Source: Eledone cirrhosa
Taxonomy: Eukaryota
Assembly: GCA_964016885.1 (NCBI GenBank)
Contig: OZ024740.1
Location: 230,950,001 to 231,014,000, forward strand
DNA: 64,000 bases
Direction: 5' to 3'
In this document: positions 51,300 through 63,522 of the stretch, piece after piece
Layout: every line of letters starts with the position of its first letter
Numbering within the stretch: the first letter of the stretch is position 1
Notes under the pieces: generated by a model
Database searches by the model: none
What the model was told of the DNA's origin: nothing
The model's input: only the letters and a program-made list of their open reading frames with translations
Position numbers and translations under genes: made by a program

Positions 51300-53493
51300 G
51301 CACCGAGCTGCAACGTCCAAACTGGCTTGCATTTTACGACTCTGGAGATGTCAACACAGTACCCCCAGAACATCCTGAACTCAATATGGACAGCATGTGC
51401 AGCATCGGTGCCACGTAAGCAGAAAAAACACCCCAAAAGTGCAATTTGGGAGACTGCAGCAGTCCATCTTGTCAGGAAAGAACGTCGTAATACTGAACGT
51501 GAGTACAAACTGCATAAACCAGATATCAATAGGAAAAAACGAAATAAATCATCCAACCATCACAAGCTGGTGACAAAAAAGGCATTGCTTGAATTTGAAC
51601 AGTGCATAACAGCCAGCCCTGACAGTAAGGTGTTCTGGAAATATGTGCGTTCAAAGCAGAGACCTCACTCTCCAGTTGGCCCTCTTCGCAATCCCCACAC
51701 AAGCCAGATTACTGACGACCCCAAGGAATGTGCAGAACTCATTGCTGAATGCTATGCAGGCATTTTCATTGTTGAAGACCAAAATGTACCATCTCCACCA
51801 CCTCTGACATCAAATTCTATAACAACTATGGAATTTACACCTGCAATGCTGCGACGTCACCTTAAGAATAAACGTAACCATGCCTCTCCTGGTCTTGATG
51901 GTGTTACGTACCTGCTTCTCAAACGTGGTGGGTACTTCCTTCTCCACCAGCTATCACTCTTCTTTCAATTCTGTCTTAACAACGGTGCTACTCCAGAACA
52001 GTGGAAAACTGCCAGTGTCATTCCTCTGTTCAAAAAGGGTGACCGCACGTCGCCTGTCAACTATCGTCCAGTCAGTCTTACTAGCTGCATTGCCAAACTG
52101 ATAGAATCCTGTGCCAGAGAAACATGTTGGAACTTTTGGAATTCTCACAGTCTTATCCGGCCCTCGCAATTTGGATTTATCCCTAACTCCAGCTGCTGTG
52201 ATCAACTTATCGAGTTTCTTGAAGACATCACCCGGATCACTGATGGCAGCTCATGGGTGGATGTTGTTTACCTTGACTTTGCTAAAGCTTTTAATTCTGT
52301 GCCCCACAAAAGGCTTATGGCAAAACTCTCTGCAATGGGTGTGAAGGATGATCTCTGGTGGAAGTCCTTTATTCTCAGTCGAAGAGAGGTAGTCACGGTT
52401 CTAGGACAGCATTTCTCACCGTATGAAATGTCATCTTGTGTACCACAGGGATCTGTTCTTGGTCCCATTTTGTTTGTGGCATATATTAATGACATAGATG
52501 CCAACTCAAAGAATGCCACAGTAATGAAATATGCAGATGACATCAAGCTGTACCTTGAGATAAAAAGGACAGATCCTGAACACTATGGATCTTTCCTGCA
52601 ATCAGACCTGGACACAATGCAGTAATGGATCACGGACTGGCAACTCAAGCTGGCTGTGGACAAGTGTACTACCATGTATTTTGGGAGGAAAAACCCAGCG
52701 TCCACATACTCCCTCCACAACACTAATATCAAGAAGTCTTCTTGTGAACGTGACCTGCGCATCACTGTCAGCAGCGATTTGCGTTGGATGAAGCACATCT
52801 TTAAAATTGTCAAGAAGGCCGAGGGTGTCTTAGCATCACTCACCAAGACCTTCGTCAGCCGCTCTCGGGCTATCTATTTAAAGCTGTATATAGCTATGGT
52901 GTGGCCACACTTAGAATTTGCATCAACAGTCTGGAACCCCTATCTTGCTCAGAACATTGACCTGCAGGAAACTGTTCAGAGACGTGCAACCAAGCGAATA
53001 CCCTTCATCAGGCATCTACCACACTCTGAACGCTTTGCTTACCTGGGCATGGATAAATTGAAGCTCCAACGTCTGGCAACTGACTTGATAAACACCCACA
53101 AAATTATTAACCATCTTGCCATCAACAACCCTGAGTACCTTTTTGATTTCCATGTGTCTAACACACGTGGGCATGCCTACAAAGTCAGAAAACAGCACAG
53201 CTCCCATGACTTCCGGAAAATTATTTTCACACTCAGAGTTGCTGAAGCATGGAACAAACTACCTGCATCAGTTGTTAGCTGCCGAGACATTGCATCCTTT
53301 AAAACCTCCATTCTTCCTGAAATTCACCAACATTATACCTGATATCCCCCTCCATACACACGCACACATGTATATCATAACGCATACACTGTTCATTTTC
53401 CTGACATTCGTACATTATTCTATGTACTATACATGCACCTTTGATGAGTTGTAGTGCACCTGAGCACTGTCCACAATAATTTCATTATTATTA
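51300..53493 (+). mobile_element. CR1-clade LINE, 5'-truncated; RT frame open except one nonsense codon
   Basis: ORFs 51267-52625 and 52656-53342 share a frame, separated by TAA (CAA in the 34791-36257 copy); NYRPVSLTS, QFGF, YLDFAKAF, PQGSVLGP, YADD; (ATT)n tail. Confidence 0.92.
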
Positions 53494-53554
53494 AACCAGA
53501 ATTGTTGGTATTTGCCGTGTTCGGCATTTATTCCGCAACAAATAAACTTTGCTT

Positions 53555-53760
53555 CACATGTACCTGATCCACACAACAACACTGACTCAACAGATGTTCT
53601 GAAGAATGATATTTTAATTTTTCTGGGTAGATCTGACTTCCACATCTTTTCCATTTTGTTCATTGCAGTCCAGACTTTCGAAATTCTAATATCAATGTCC
53701 CTTTTTGATGAACTCATCCAGCAGCCCAAGTATAAAAATCATCAAATCGATGTAGAATTC
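53555..53760 (-). mobile_element. RTE-related LINE RT-thumb fragment
   Basis: YLGCWMSSSKRDIDIRISKVWTAMNKMEKMWKS..FFRTSVESVLLCGSGT. Confidence 0.75.
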
Positions 53761-53789
53761 TGCCTTCCAGTGTGGTTTTGAACTATAAA

Positions 53790-54020
53790 TTTCTTCCTTT
53801 GCCCCCTCCACCTTCACCACCACATGAAAAAAATCCCATGGCGTAAATTCAGGGCTTCTTGCTGGTCATTCATGTGGACCTCGGCGACTCAACCAGCTTT
53901 CCTGGAAATTGAACATCGAACCATTCACGGACATTCACGGCAAAATGAGGAAGGGCCCCATCTTGCATGAATAAAAAGTCATCGATGTGGTCACAGTAGG
54001 CCAAAAGTTATAATTTTCAA
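53790..54020 (-). mobile_element. Tc1/mariner rosa-type (DD41D) transposase fragment
   Basis: FMQDGALPHFAVNVREWFDVQFPGK/WLSRRGPHE*PARSPEFTPWDFF with one frameshift; 41 residues between the two Asp. Confidence 0.75.
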
Positions 54021-54295
54021 TAGGAAGTTTCTTTCCGCCCATCCTGTATGCGAGTGTGTGTGTTTTGCAAATGTTATACCTAAACATTTGGAACTTAGCC
54101 ACCGGCGTAGCTAGAGTTTATGTCGCCCAGGACGGTCCTTAATTTTGCCATCCACCCCGAAATACAACACAAAACATACTCAAGTACCTCTAGGGTTGCC
54201 TCGCCTCCTCGTGGCTACGATACAGACTGCATAATTACAGAGTTTATTGTAATTATTGTGTAGCTATACTGTAATTACGCAGAATATACTGTATA

Positions 54296-54490
54296 TAAAG
54301 GGTCGGCTGAAACATTCATAGGTTGACTATGTAGGAGTGATGCTAGAGCTGTGAAATCTTTCATGCATTAATTTCAACATTTTTTATAACTACATTCTTT
54401 CTTTCCAGGGACTATGTTGAAAAATAAACCTCATTTGGTCATTCCATGAGAATATCTTAGTCAGCCTATGAACTTTTCAGCCTACCCTCG
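54296..54490. mobile_element. Mariner-type MITE
   Basis: ~33-bp TIRs GGGT(C/A)GGCTGAAA..TTCATAGG(T/C)TGACTA, TA flanked. Confidence 0.8.
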
Positions 54491-55377
54491 TAAAAGTCCT
54501 ATAATGCTCCCCCCCCCACAGATGTGAAAGGGGAGGGCTCTAGTCAATACTTGTACTATACATTCAGTTATTTAAACTATCTAACAGTACAGTGGTTTTT
54601 GTAACAATAACAAATACTCTTATTTCGTTTGTTTCGGAGTTTATTTCTTCTTTGTTTCCAAATCAAAACGTTTCTCTTGGCTTGAAAAACTATCTACGTT
54701 AAATCGAATAGTGTTTGTTTCATTAACAAAGTTTAAAAGAAAATAAACAAGCGGTACTTTGCCATTTCTTTGCACTCACATCGAAATCCATTATGTTTCA
54801 CTAAATACTTTATTATTATTATTATTTTTACAAGAGAGACTCATGAAAAACTACTGCAGTGTTACGGAATGTAACAGACACCGAACCATCTAATGTAGTT
54901 GAGAGACCTGTTAGAAATAGAAGCCAAATTTCCTTCAAATTACATCTACATAAACAAAAATATATATATACTGAACAACGTAGTAATAAAAACCAACAAC
55001 AATAACATCAACAACAAAAACGGGAAGGTGATTGATGAAATATCTTTGATCATAAGCCTATTCAATTAGGGCTGGCCTAGGGTTAATCAAGAGCAAATGA
55101 ATTAGCGACTAGAAAGATTTTCTTTATTGACAAAATGAAAAAAAAAAGTTCTAAAATTAACCAGTTTCCACGGACTAAGTAACATGTTTACGGGGTGTTT
55201 TTAAAGAAATATGTTGAAAAAAAACACCGTTTTAGCATCAAAACAGGTGTTTACAATACAGATAGCCCCTCTTCCCTGTTATACATACAAGCATGGCATA
55301 ATCGAAATAAACATTTCAATATGAAAATGAAAACATTTTAGTGCTATGAAATAATATACACATATATATTACCTTAC

Positions 55378-55525
55378 CTTGACTGCATTTGTCCATCCAT
55401 ACTGCATCTTGAGATATAAGATCCAAACATTTCTTGTTGACAAGCCGTAAAGGCGTCAGCTGTGGACCCGAAAGAAACCTGAATATGTAAGTAAGGACTT
55501 CATGCGGAAGATCTGTTATCAACAT
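55378..55525 (-). CDS. FBXO31: FBXO31-like F-box protein, coding exon 1 (F-box domain)
   Basis: MLITDLPHEVLTYIFRFLSGPQLTPLRLVNKKCLDLISQDAVWMDKCSQ is a canonical F-box; in-frame TGA just upstream; CAAG|GTAAG donor, phase 1. Confidence 0.92.
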
Positions 55526-55920
55526 TGTCCGGATTCATTCAATAAATCGATGAGCTATCGAGAGAGAGGATGATTATAATGATATTGTCGATGTTCAGCA
55601 GTGATGGTAGCATTTAAAAGTTATTGGTTTGTTTGTAAAATGTTTTGGATGTTATCCAAAATGAATACAGTTTCAGCGAATGTCACTGATGTTCACTGTA
55701 TTGTAAGGCAGTGGTAGATTTTTGTTGTTCTGTTTACCACTTGATAAGTGCGTACAATGTTTTCGTCTACGATAATTTTAGAAATCGAAATACAAATACC
55801 AGCGTGTGAATGACCAAATAAACAAATGAATAATTTATCTTCGCCTATAAGCGGTAGATTTATATATTTATAAATGCTTGAGTAGCGTCGTCATCGCTCG
55901 TGAAAGTTGGTTTAGTAAAT
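55526..55920 (-). promoter_or_regulatory. Probable 5' UTR/promoter of the FBXO31-like gene
   Basis: Unique, relatively CpG-retaining sequence directly upstream of the ATG, followed by a GA-rich tract; TSS not determinable. Confidence 0.4.
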
Positions 55921-56477
55921 TAACTGTAGATAAATATCCCGAGCGAAAGAGGTATAGATAGGTAAATAGATAGATATAGTGAGAGAGAGAGAGAGAGAGA
56001 GGGGTGGGGGAGAAGAGAAAGAAAGGTAGGAAACAGGAAGGGAGAGAGAGAGGAAGGATGGGAGAAGAAATGGAGGAGGGAGATGGAGAGAGAAGGAACA
56101 GTCATTTAACTATTCCGTATATAACGATTTGTGTGAATTTCGCCAACCTTATATAGTATTTTAGGGAATCAGTCAACTACATTCACCAGAGCATAACTTA
56201 GACGACAGGCAAGCTTGTGTTAATATTGGCCAACTAAATATATATAACAGGAAAATATCAAATGACTATTTTACCAGCCTATGGCGTTTGAGACGTTTGG
56301 TGGATCTGGGCCGGCGATAGCGAAGTTCTTGTCATCGTTAGTGGTTCTCCTTACCGAGGTTTCGGGTGATGCTTGTGATGTGGCATGCGGCCAACAATGT
56401 ATTATATATATGTTTATATTTATCGACAGTTGATTGACAAGATTCCAGACCTCATTCACTTAATCATATATATATAT

Positions 56478-56735
56478 ATATACGATATTAAACAAATGGA
56501 AACTATATTTATAAAACCATATTTATTTCATTATACATATTTCGGGGATACCATATTAAAAATATGGCCAAACCAGCTTTTTACATAACGGTTGGTCAAT
56601 ATTTATGGTACGTCAAACTTATTTATAAAATGTTTATATATTGTATTTTATCTGAAATATGGTATCCCCGAAATATGTATAATGAAATAAATATGGTTTT
56701 ATAAATATAGTTTCCATTTGTTTAATATCGTATAT
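56478..56735. repeat. Perfect 80-bp inverted repeat with 98-bp spacer
   Basis: 56478-56557 is the exact reverse complement of 56656-56735. Confidence 0.92.
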
Positions 56736-56816
56736 CTACTCCAAAACTTGTCGAGTGCTTTATATCAGTTATAAAATATTTACTTGTTGTAACCCAACAA
56801 TTTTATATAAAACTTT

Positions 56817-56855
<39 letters not shown>

Positions 56856-56868
56856 GAAAGGTATAGAA

Positions 56869-56896
<28 letters not shown>

Positions 56897-56900
<4 letters not shown>

Positions 56901-57412
56901 ATATAAAAATGAGAAAACTCATCACTAGAACAGCCGTTAAAACAGCTAAATGCTGTCAAAGACAGCGATGGTTTAAAAATGCCTCAGAAGACAGAGACAA
57001 GCAACCAGTGGTCAATAGAGAGACAATCCACAAGGTGGGTGACAGGCAGATGAAATGTAGAAAAGATTGAAAGAAGAGTAAGACAAGGAAAAGTGTGTTG
57101 GTGCACAGAAGGGGCCGGAAGAAGAAATAAAGAAAGGCAATGTACAAGACAAGTTTATTCACTCACATCTTCAGCATCGTCAGCTCTGAAACCAGCGAAA
57201 TGGTTTCACACGATTTAATTGAGAGTACCATTTTAAAATGCTGGATCATGCAACAGAAAAATAAATCTTTCTGCTGGTATGATGTCTGTGTGATAAAACA
57301 GACAGCACAGCTAGAAGGACGAAAGAAGCCACTTTTGCCTATTGTTGTCTTTGACAGCATTTAGGTGTTTAACGGCTCTTCTAGCGATTAGTTTTCTAAT
57401 TTTTATATGTAT
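56897..57412. repeat. Element bounded by ~70-bp imperfect inverted repeats (MITE-like or PLE-derived)
   Basis: ATACATATAAAAATGAGAAAACTCATCACTAGAACAGCCGTTAAAACAGCTAAATGCTGTCAAAGACA mirrored at 57341-57412; adjacent to (TA)n. Confidence 0.75.
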
Positions 57413-58874
57413 TCAAATACACTTTCGCTTCGCCTCAATCAGAGATAACATAGTGTTTTCATTTGACTTTATCTTAGCTATGATTAGCTTTCTATTTAGG
57501 ATAGACACCACATCTTGAGGTTCACTATCCCATTATTTTCCTTTTCATATATATATATCTACCTAGTTGATGTTGTATAAATTCCAATGAAAGAGTCTTG
57601 TGTCTATGCTAGAAACTGACTCTGTATTAGTAAAAATTTATAAAATTATAAAACCACAACATACATAATCTTAGCTTTAGGAATTGCCATCCTTTGATCT
57701 TTTTCTCATACATGGGTGGCATGTACATGACATTTTAGCCCTTCCAATGACTTAGATTTCTTTCTGCATATGCTGTAGTGAAAGAAAAAAGAAAATGCCA
57801 TGCTCTCGCAACACACGTGAAAGTCGTGTAGATCATGCTTGTGTTTGAAACTTTTTTAAGTGAAGAAAAGTCTTGCATGTATGGGGACATGGAAATACTT
57901 GGTTTGGTGCCCGAGCATGGGGTTAGCCCACGAGGAGTGAGAAACCCCTAGTTCTTGTTAGGACATCATACTAGAGGAAGGAAAACTGATGTAAAACCTG
58001 CAGCTTGATGGCAGCCAATAATGTTGATCAGTTCGTTTTGGATACTTCAGAGAGTGGGAAATGTACATACATACATTCACACATACACATGCACTTACAT
58101 ACATACATATACGTGCAGATACATACATATATATATATATATGCATACATACTTACATACATGTATACATGATAGCCGCAACTTGATTTCGAGTAATGCT
58201 ATTGCTTGATACTTAAACATGAGCAGCATGGACATGGCATTTTAGTCTTGCTAGGGACTTGTCTACGGCCAGCCATGCCATTTATTGCAAAAGATATCAT
58301 ATATCAAGCAATGCCTGTGCTTGAAGCTTTTTTAAGTGAGGAAAGGCTTTGCATGGAGCCATTCCCATTCTTTGAACATTGAATGCATTTACCCAAAAAG
58401 TAGAACTGGTCTACATCATTGGATGCAAACAAAGTCGAGAGATGTCTTAATGAAGACTAGGAGTCTCTCACTCCACTACCCCCTACAAGAAAAAAAAAAT
58501 TTATTGGATGGCTGTTGACTCTCCTGAGTCCTTCCATCCTTTGTTTTTCATCCCACAGGGTGTTCAAAATCACTCTCTTCACCAAGCAAATTTGGTGAGG
58601 TTGCGAGTTTAGTCACCGACGATCTGACCATGCATAGGTTGTACATACATACATACATACATACATACATCATCATCATCGTTTAACGTCTATCTTCCAT
58701 GCTAGCATGGATTAGACGGGAGTTGTCCCATTGAGGCAAGATTGGTCGGGTGACCGTGTTTCGCTTGTAAAGGACTATCTGGCAGGTCTTCTACGGCTGG
58801 ATGCCCTTCTTAACACCAACCACATTTACATACATATGCACATACATACACTTACGTACATGTAGTCATATAGG

Positions 58875-59200
58875 GGTAAAGGATAAAGACCCCTTTTGGT
58901 CACGAATGACCATAGAATTTAAACCTGGAAAGTTCCTCTCTGAAGCACAAGTCCGGGCAAGGTTGTTTGTGGAAGATGCATACCAGCCTTCCCTCTCCAT
59001 GCCACTGCTGTTGTCCAAAGGAAAGGCAAAGGCCAATACAGCTTGGCACCAGCGATGTCGAAACTCCATTTCTACATCTGAGTGAACTGTAGCAATGTGA
59101 AATAAAGTGTTTTTGCTCAACAACACAACACAAAGCCCGGTTCAGGAATGAAACTGACAAACTCACAATTGTAAGCTGGATGCTCTAACCACTAAGCCAT
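58875..59200 (-). mobile_element. tRNA-derived SINE
   Basis: Reverse-complement homologue of 25411-25745, with TGGCTTAGTGGTTAGAGCA head. Confidence 0.75.
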
Positions 59201-59356
59201 ATATATATATATACAAAATAGAATAGCTTTCACCGTATTTTTGACTAAAGGAATTTTAGCCTGATAATGGGGTTTAGAACTCTAAGATAAATGGAAAAAG
59301 ATGAGTATTCTATTTTCTAATTTAAAACCTGCTCACTGTTTCAAAACATACTTACT

Positions 59357-59414
<58 letters not shown>

Positions 59415-59667
59415 AAGTACTCTTACAGAAAGAGTGGGACAATGAACTGGATGTTATGTTACTCCTTCGTCTGATCCCCCCACCACATATGTAAAAGTTG
59501 ATATTAAATATATTTACCATAATTAATTCTTTGATAGTGGAAGGAGTGGGGAAAGATTATACTCCAGGAATATGACCTACTTAACACACCCTTTTGGTTC
59601 TTATTATAACACTCTTTCCTTCTTATTAACACTGCGTGTATAATTATACTTGAATGTATTCAGGGAT

Positions 59668-60010
59668 GGTGTTACCATTAATGCCAACTAGGTAGCCACC
59701 TAGGACACAGATCTCAAAGAGGTGTTACCATTAAGGCCAACTAGGTAGCCACCTAGGACACAGATCTCAGAGAGGTGTTACCATTAAGGCCAACTAGGTA
59801 GCCACCTAGGACACAGATCTCAGAGAGGTGTTACCATTAAGGCAAACTAGGCAGCCACCTAGGACACAGATCTCAGAGAGGTGTTACCATTAAGGCTAAC
59901 TAGGACACAGATCTCAGATCGGTGTTACCATTAAGGCCAATTAGGCAGCCACCTAGGGCACAAACACCAGAAAGGTACTACCATTAAGGCCAACTAGGCA
60001 ATCACCTAGT
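59668..60010. repeat. 53-bp minisatellite (~6.5 units)
   Basis: Unit GGTGTTACCATTAAGGCCAACTAGGTAGCCACCTAGGACACAGATCTCAGAGA at 59668, 59721, 59774, 59827, 59880, 59921 and ~59973. Confidence 0.93.
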
Positions 60011-61049
60011 TTTGGACAGGTTGGTATGAAAAGGGCTTAAAGGGTGTGAGGACAAACTTTATGCCCTTAGTTGGGCAGTATATCTCAACTGTGCCATGTG
60101 GACAAAATGGGTAAACCATTGCTATGAAGAACAGTCAGCAATATCTGCTGAAACAACCTTCCATCTCCCAATGAGCCTTCCTCTGGTGAGATGGCCTTGT
60201 CCTAGTTTAGCAGAAAAAAATGGCAGTTTGAGAACCGAAGACACAAGAAGTCTTAACTGCGACCAGCACAAAATGGAATTCCCTTGTCAATGACTAGTAT
60301 TTGACCATCTTCTCCTTCTCTAGATTTATTGCTGTAGTTAGAGTGGTGGGTTCACAATTACAAATTTGTGGGTTTAATTCCTATATCAGTTGACACTCTG
60401 TGTTCTTGAACAAAGCACTTCAGTTTATGTTGCTCCAATTTACTCAGCTGAAAATGAATACCACCAGCAAATGGAGGGGTTTAGGGCCCTGTGAAGGACT
60501 GGGAGTCTTGTATTCCCATTCACTTAACACACATGGAAAAAATGGATGGAAGGACAATAACACTCCTTTAACTAACAGATTATTATGGTAAAATAACCAA
60601 CTCCAGCAGTATTGAACTTAGAAGTTTGAAAGAAGTGTCTCTTCTATAATTTCAGACATTTCTATAACTCCATAACAATGACTATATTGACATTATGTAA
60701 GGACTCGTAACTCTCGAGGAGTCGTAGGGGTGCCATATTGACATACAGTATTTCTAGGGCATTTTTAAACCTGGCAGAACCCATCTCCTCTCCAGGATAT
60801 TGACATTAGCAACCAACAAAAACTTAATGTCTGATATTGTTTGATGTCTGTCTTTATTTTCAGTTTACACGCGGATGTTGAATTGTTGATATATGGAACC
60901 ATTCATTGTTGAATGATTATTTTCTACATTAAAAATCCACAAAACTCTGTTTATTTCTTCATGTATTTGTCATTATCTGTAGAAAATGTAATTGGTAGAC
61001 AAACAATTAGTTTGAATCAACCACAATGAATCAACTCAAATTTTAAATA

Positions 61050-61415
61050 TCATCATCATCATCATCATCATTTTACGTCTGCTTTTCCCTGCTTGCAGGG
61101 GTGAGACAGGGACTGATTCTGGCTTGATTTCTACAGCTGGATGCCCTTCCTAACACCAACCTCATTTACAGTGAGTGCTGGGTGCTTTTTTTCCGTGGCG
61201 CCTACACATCCACTTTACAATGTGGGCTGGGTGCTTTTTTGCTGTGGCACCTCCACGACCACTTTGCAGTGGAATGATAGGGACGCCAGTAAACTGGAGC
61301 AATGTGAAATAAAGTGTCTTGCTCAAGGAAACAACACATCACCCGGTCTGAGAATTGAACTCACAACATTTCGATTGCAAGGCCAATGCTCTAACCACTA
61401 AGCCATGTGCCTCCA
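61050..61415 (-). mobile_element. tRNA-derived SINE with RTE-like tail
   Basis: Near-identical to 6146-6487; (GAT)n tail. Confidence 0.8.
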
Positions 61416-61629
61416 TAAGGTGCGGTATATTGTCCAACCAATATCAGCATTGAAAAACAGACTTAAGAATGTTGATGATAATGCAGGCTGGGACAGTGCT
61501 ACCATTAGGCTAACTAGACAGTTGCTTACATAGCAGACTTCAGAGAGGCTCATTACTGAAACTTAAAAGATCATAGTTTTATACATATTTGTATAATAAT
61601 TAAATTGATTATACATTATATTTTCCTGT

Positions 61630-61950
61630 GAAAGTGTGGCTTAGTGGTTAGAGCATTAGATTCACAATCCTGAGTTTGTGAGTTCGATTCCCATACCGGG
61701 AGGTGCATTTTGTCCTTCAGCAAGATATTTTATTTCACGTTGCTCCAGTTTACTCAGCTGTAGAAATGAGTTGCAACGTCACTGGTGCCAAACTGTATCG
61801 ACCATTGCCTCTCCTTTGGACAACATTGGGGGAGGGGGGTGATATACATGGGCAACTGCTGGTCTTCCACATCTTGCCTGGTCTTGTGTCATGGAGGGGA
61901 ACTTTCTAGGCACAAAATCCCATAGTCATTCATGCCCGAAGGGGATCTTT
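61630..61950 (+). mobile_element. tRNA-derived SINE
   Basis: A box TGGCTTAGTGG, B box GTTCGATTCC, shared core and tail with 25411-25745. Confidence 0.8.
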
Positions 61951-62514
61951 TATAATATAATTTGTTGCAATCAATAAATAAATCACTAAACATCTTTGTT
62001 ACCTAGCAGCATTGTGGAAATATCCACAGTAGTAGAGTGGGGTACATGGTGTTATGACCTGTCACATGATTTGGCATGGGGAGTGTGGACTGTGTAGTAG
62101 AGCATGCAGGCTTAGTAATTTGGTTAGTGTGGTCAGAGCAAGAAGTATAAAAGATTATTGAAATTATATTATTTGGGAGAATAAGGTGCATAACTAGAAG
62201 GAGACACTCATTACAGGGCTAGACAAGGGCACTAAATACTCTGGTGTCAACTGACCCTTACTGCAAGGAGCTTCAGCCTTCAATTATGGCATGTCCATAT
62301 GCAAAATATCACATTTCTAATGAAATACACTGCCTATGTTTCAATTTATTTTGAAAAGAATTAAAAAAATTTGGAAGAATTTAATAAAACATCTACCATA
62401 TTTATTAGTAAGCTAATGTTTGGAGTTTTACTTAATGAGAATAAAATTATGAGGGAAGGTTTTAATAAACACGCACCAGTCTGACCATGAAGATTATGAA
62501 CAGGAGAGGTGACA

Positions 62515-62741
62515 GTATGCACCCTTGGTAGAGTCCAACACCCACATTGAATAAATAATTGTTTCTACTTTTGGCAAAAGGCCAGCAATTATCCTAGTGT
62601 AATACTGGTACTTTATTTTATCGACCCTGTAAGGATAAAATAAAGTACCAGCATTACACTGGGATAATTGCTGGCCTTGTGCCAAAAGTAGAAACAATTA
62701 TTTATTCAATGTGGGTGTTGGTCTCTACCAAGGGTGCATAC
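62515..62741. repeat. 108-bp-arm fold-back palindrome with 11-nt loop
   Basis: 62515-62622 versus 62634-62741, 4 mismatches by eye. Confidence 0.92.
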
Positions 62742-63339
62742 ATTGAATAAATAACGAATGAATATTACATAATTTATGTAATAAATTTCGTATAAATTTC
62801 GTAAACAAATTTAAAATTGACTTCTTTTCAAAGTTTCATTCACATTTCTACACTTCCGGTATATCGGCGCCACTTCAACTACCATATATATAGAAAGAGA
62901 GAGTGTGTGATGAGAGAGATATAGAGATTATGATTTTCTACACGCTGACACGTATGAATGTGCACATATATACATCTATATGTATGAGTATATAACTATT
63001 ATGAGTATATAACTATAATCGCGCAAACACAAACTTATAAAAATACACCCTCACGGATATTCACACAAATACACATACTTTCACACAAATATACATACAT
63101 TCACACATACTTTCACACAAACATACATACATCCACACATATACATTTACACGAACACACACATACAGTCATGATAGCAGCGTTCGGTGAATTGGAAATG
63201 GGAGGGTAAAACAAGTATAACGTTTTATTTATTCATTAACTCTTTATTTATTTATTAACTCTTTTTTTAAAAACTCATTTAATATAATTGTTTCTACTCA
63301 TTTAATATAATGGTTACAGAACAAAAACACTAACAAATA

Positions 63340-63522
63340 TAATTGTTTCTACATTTTACACAAGGCCATCAATTATCCCAGTGTATTACTGGTACTTTAT
63401 GTTATCGACCCCGTAAGGATGAAAGGCAAAGTTAACCTCAACGGGATTTGAACTCAGACCGTAAAGGGACGTAACTATGCTGGAAAGCATGGCGTTCAGC
63501 CCTCTACCGATACTGCCAATTC
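63340..63522 (-). mobile_element. Nin/Deu-domain SINE
   Basis: Reverse complement of the 46455-47025 units. Confidence 0.8.

Noticed and set aside
61630-61710. tRNA gene
   Set aside because: A and B boxes are present but continue into a SINE core found in several copies; no complete cloverleaf.
62825-62885. ETS motif CACTTCCGG as a second gene promoter
   Set aside because: A single motif with no associated exon in the window.
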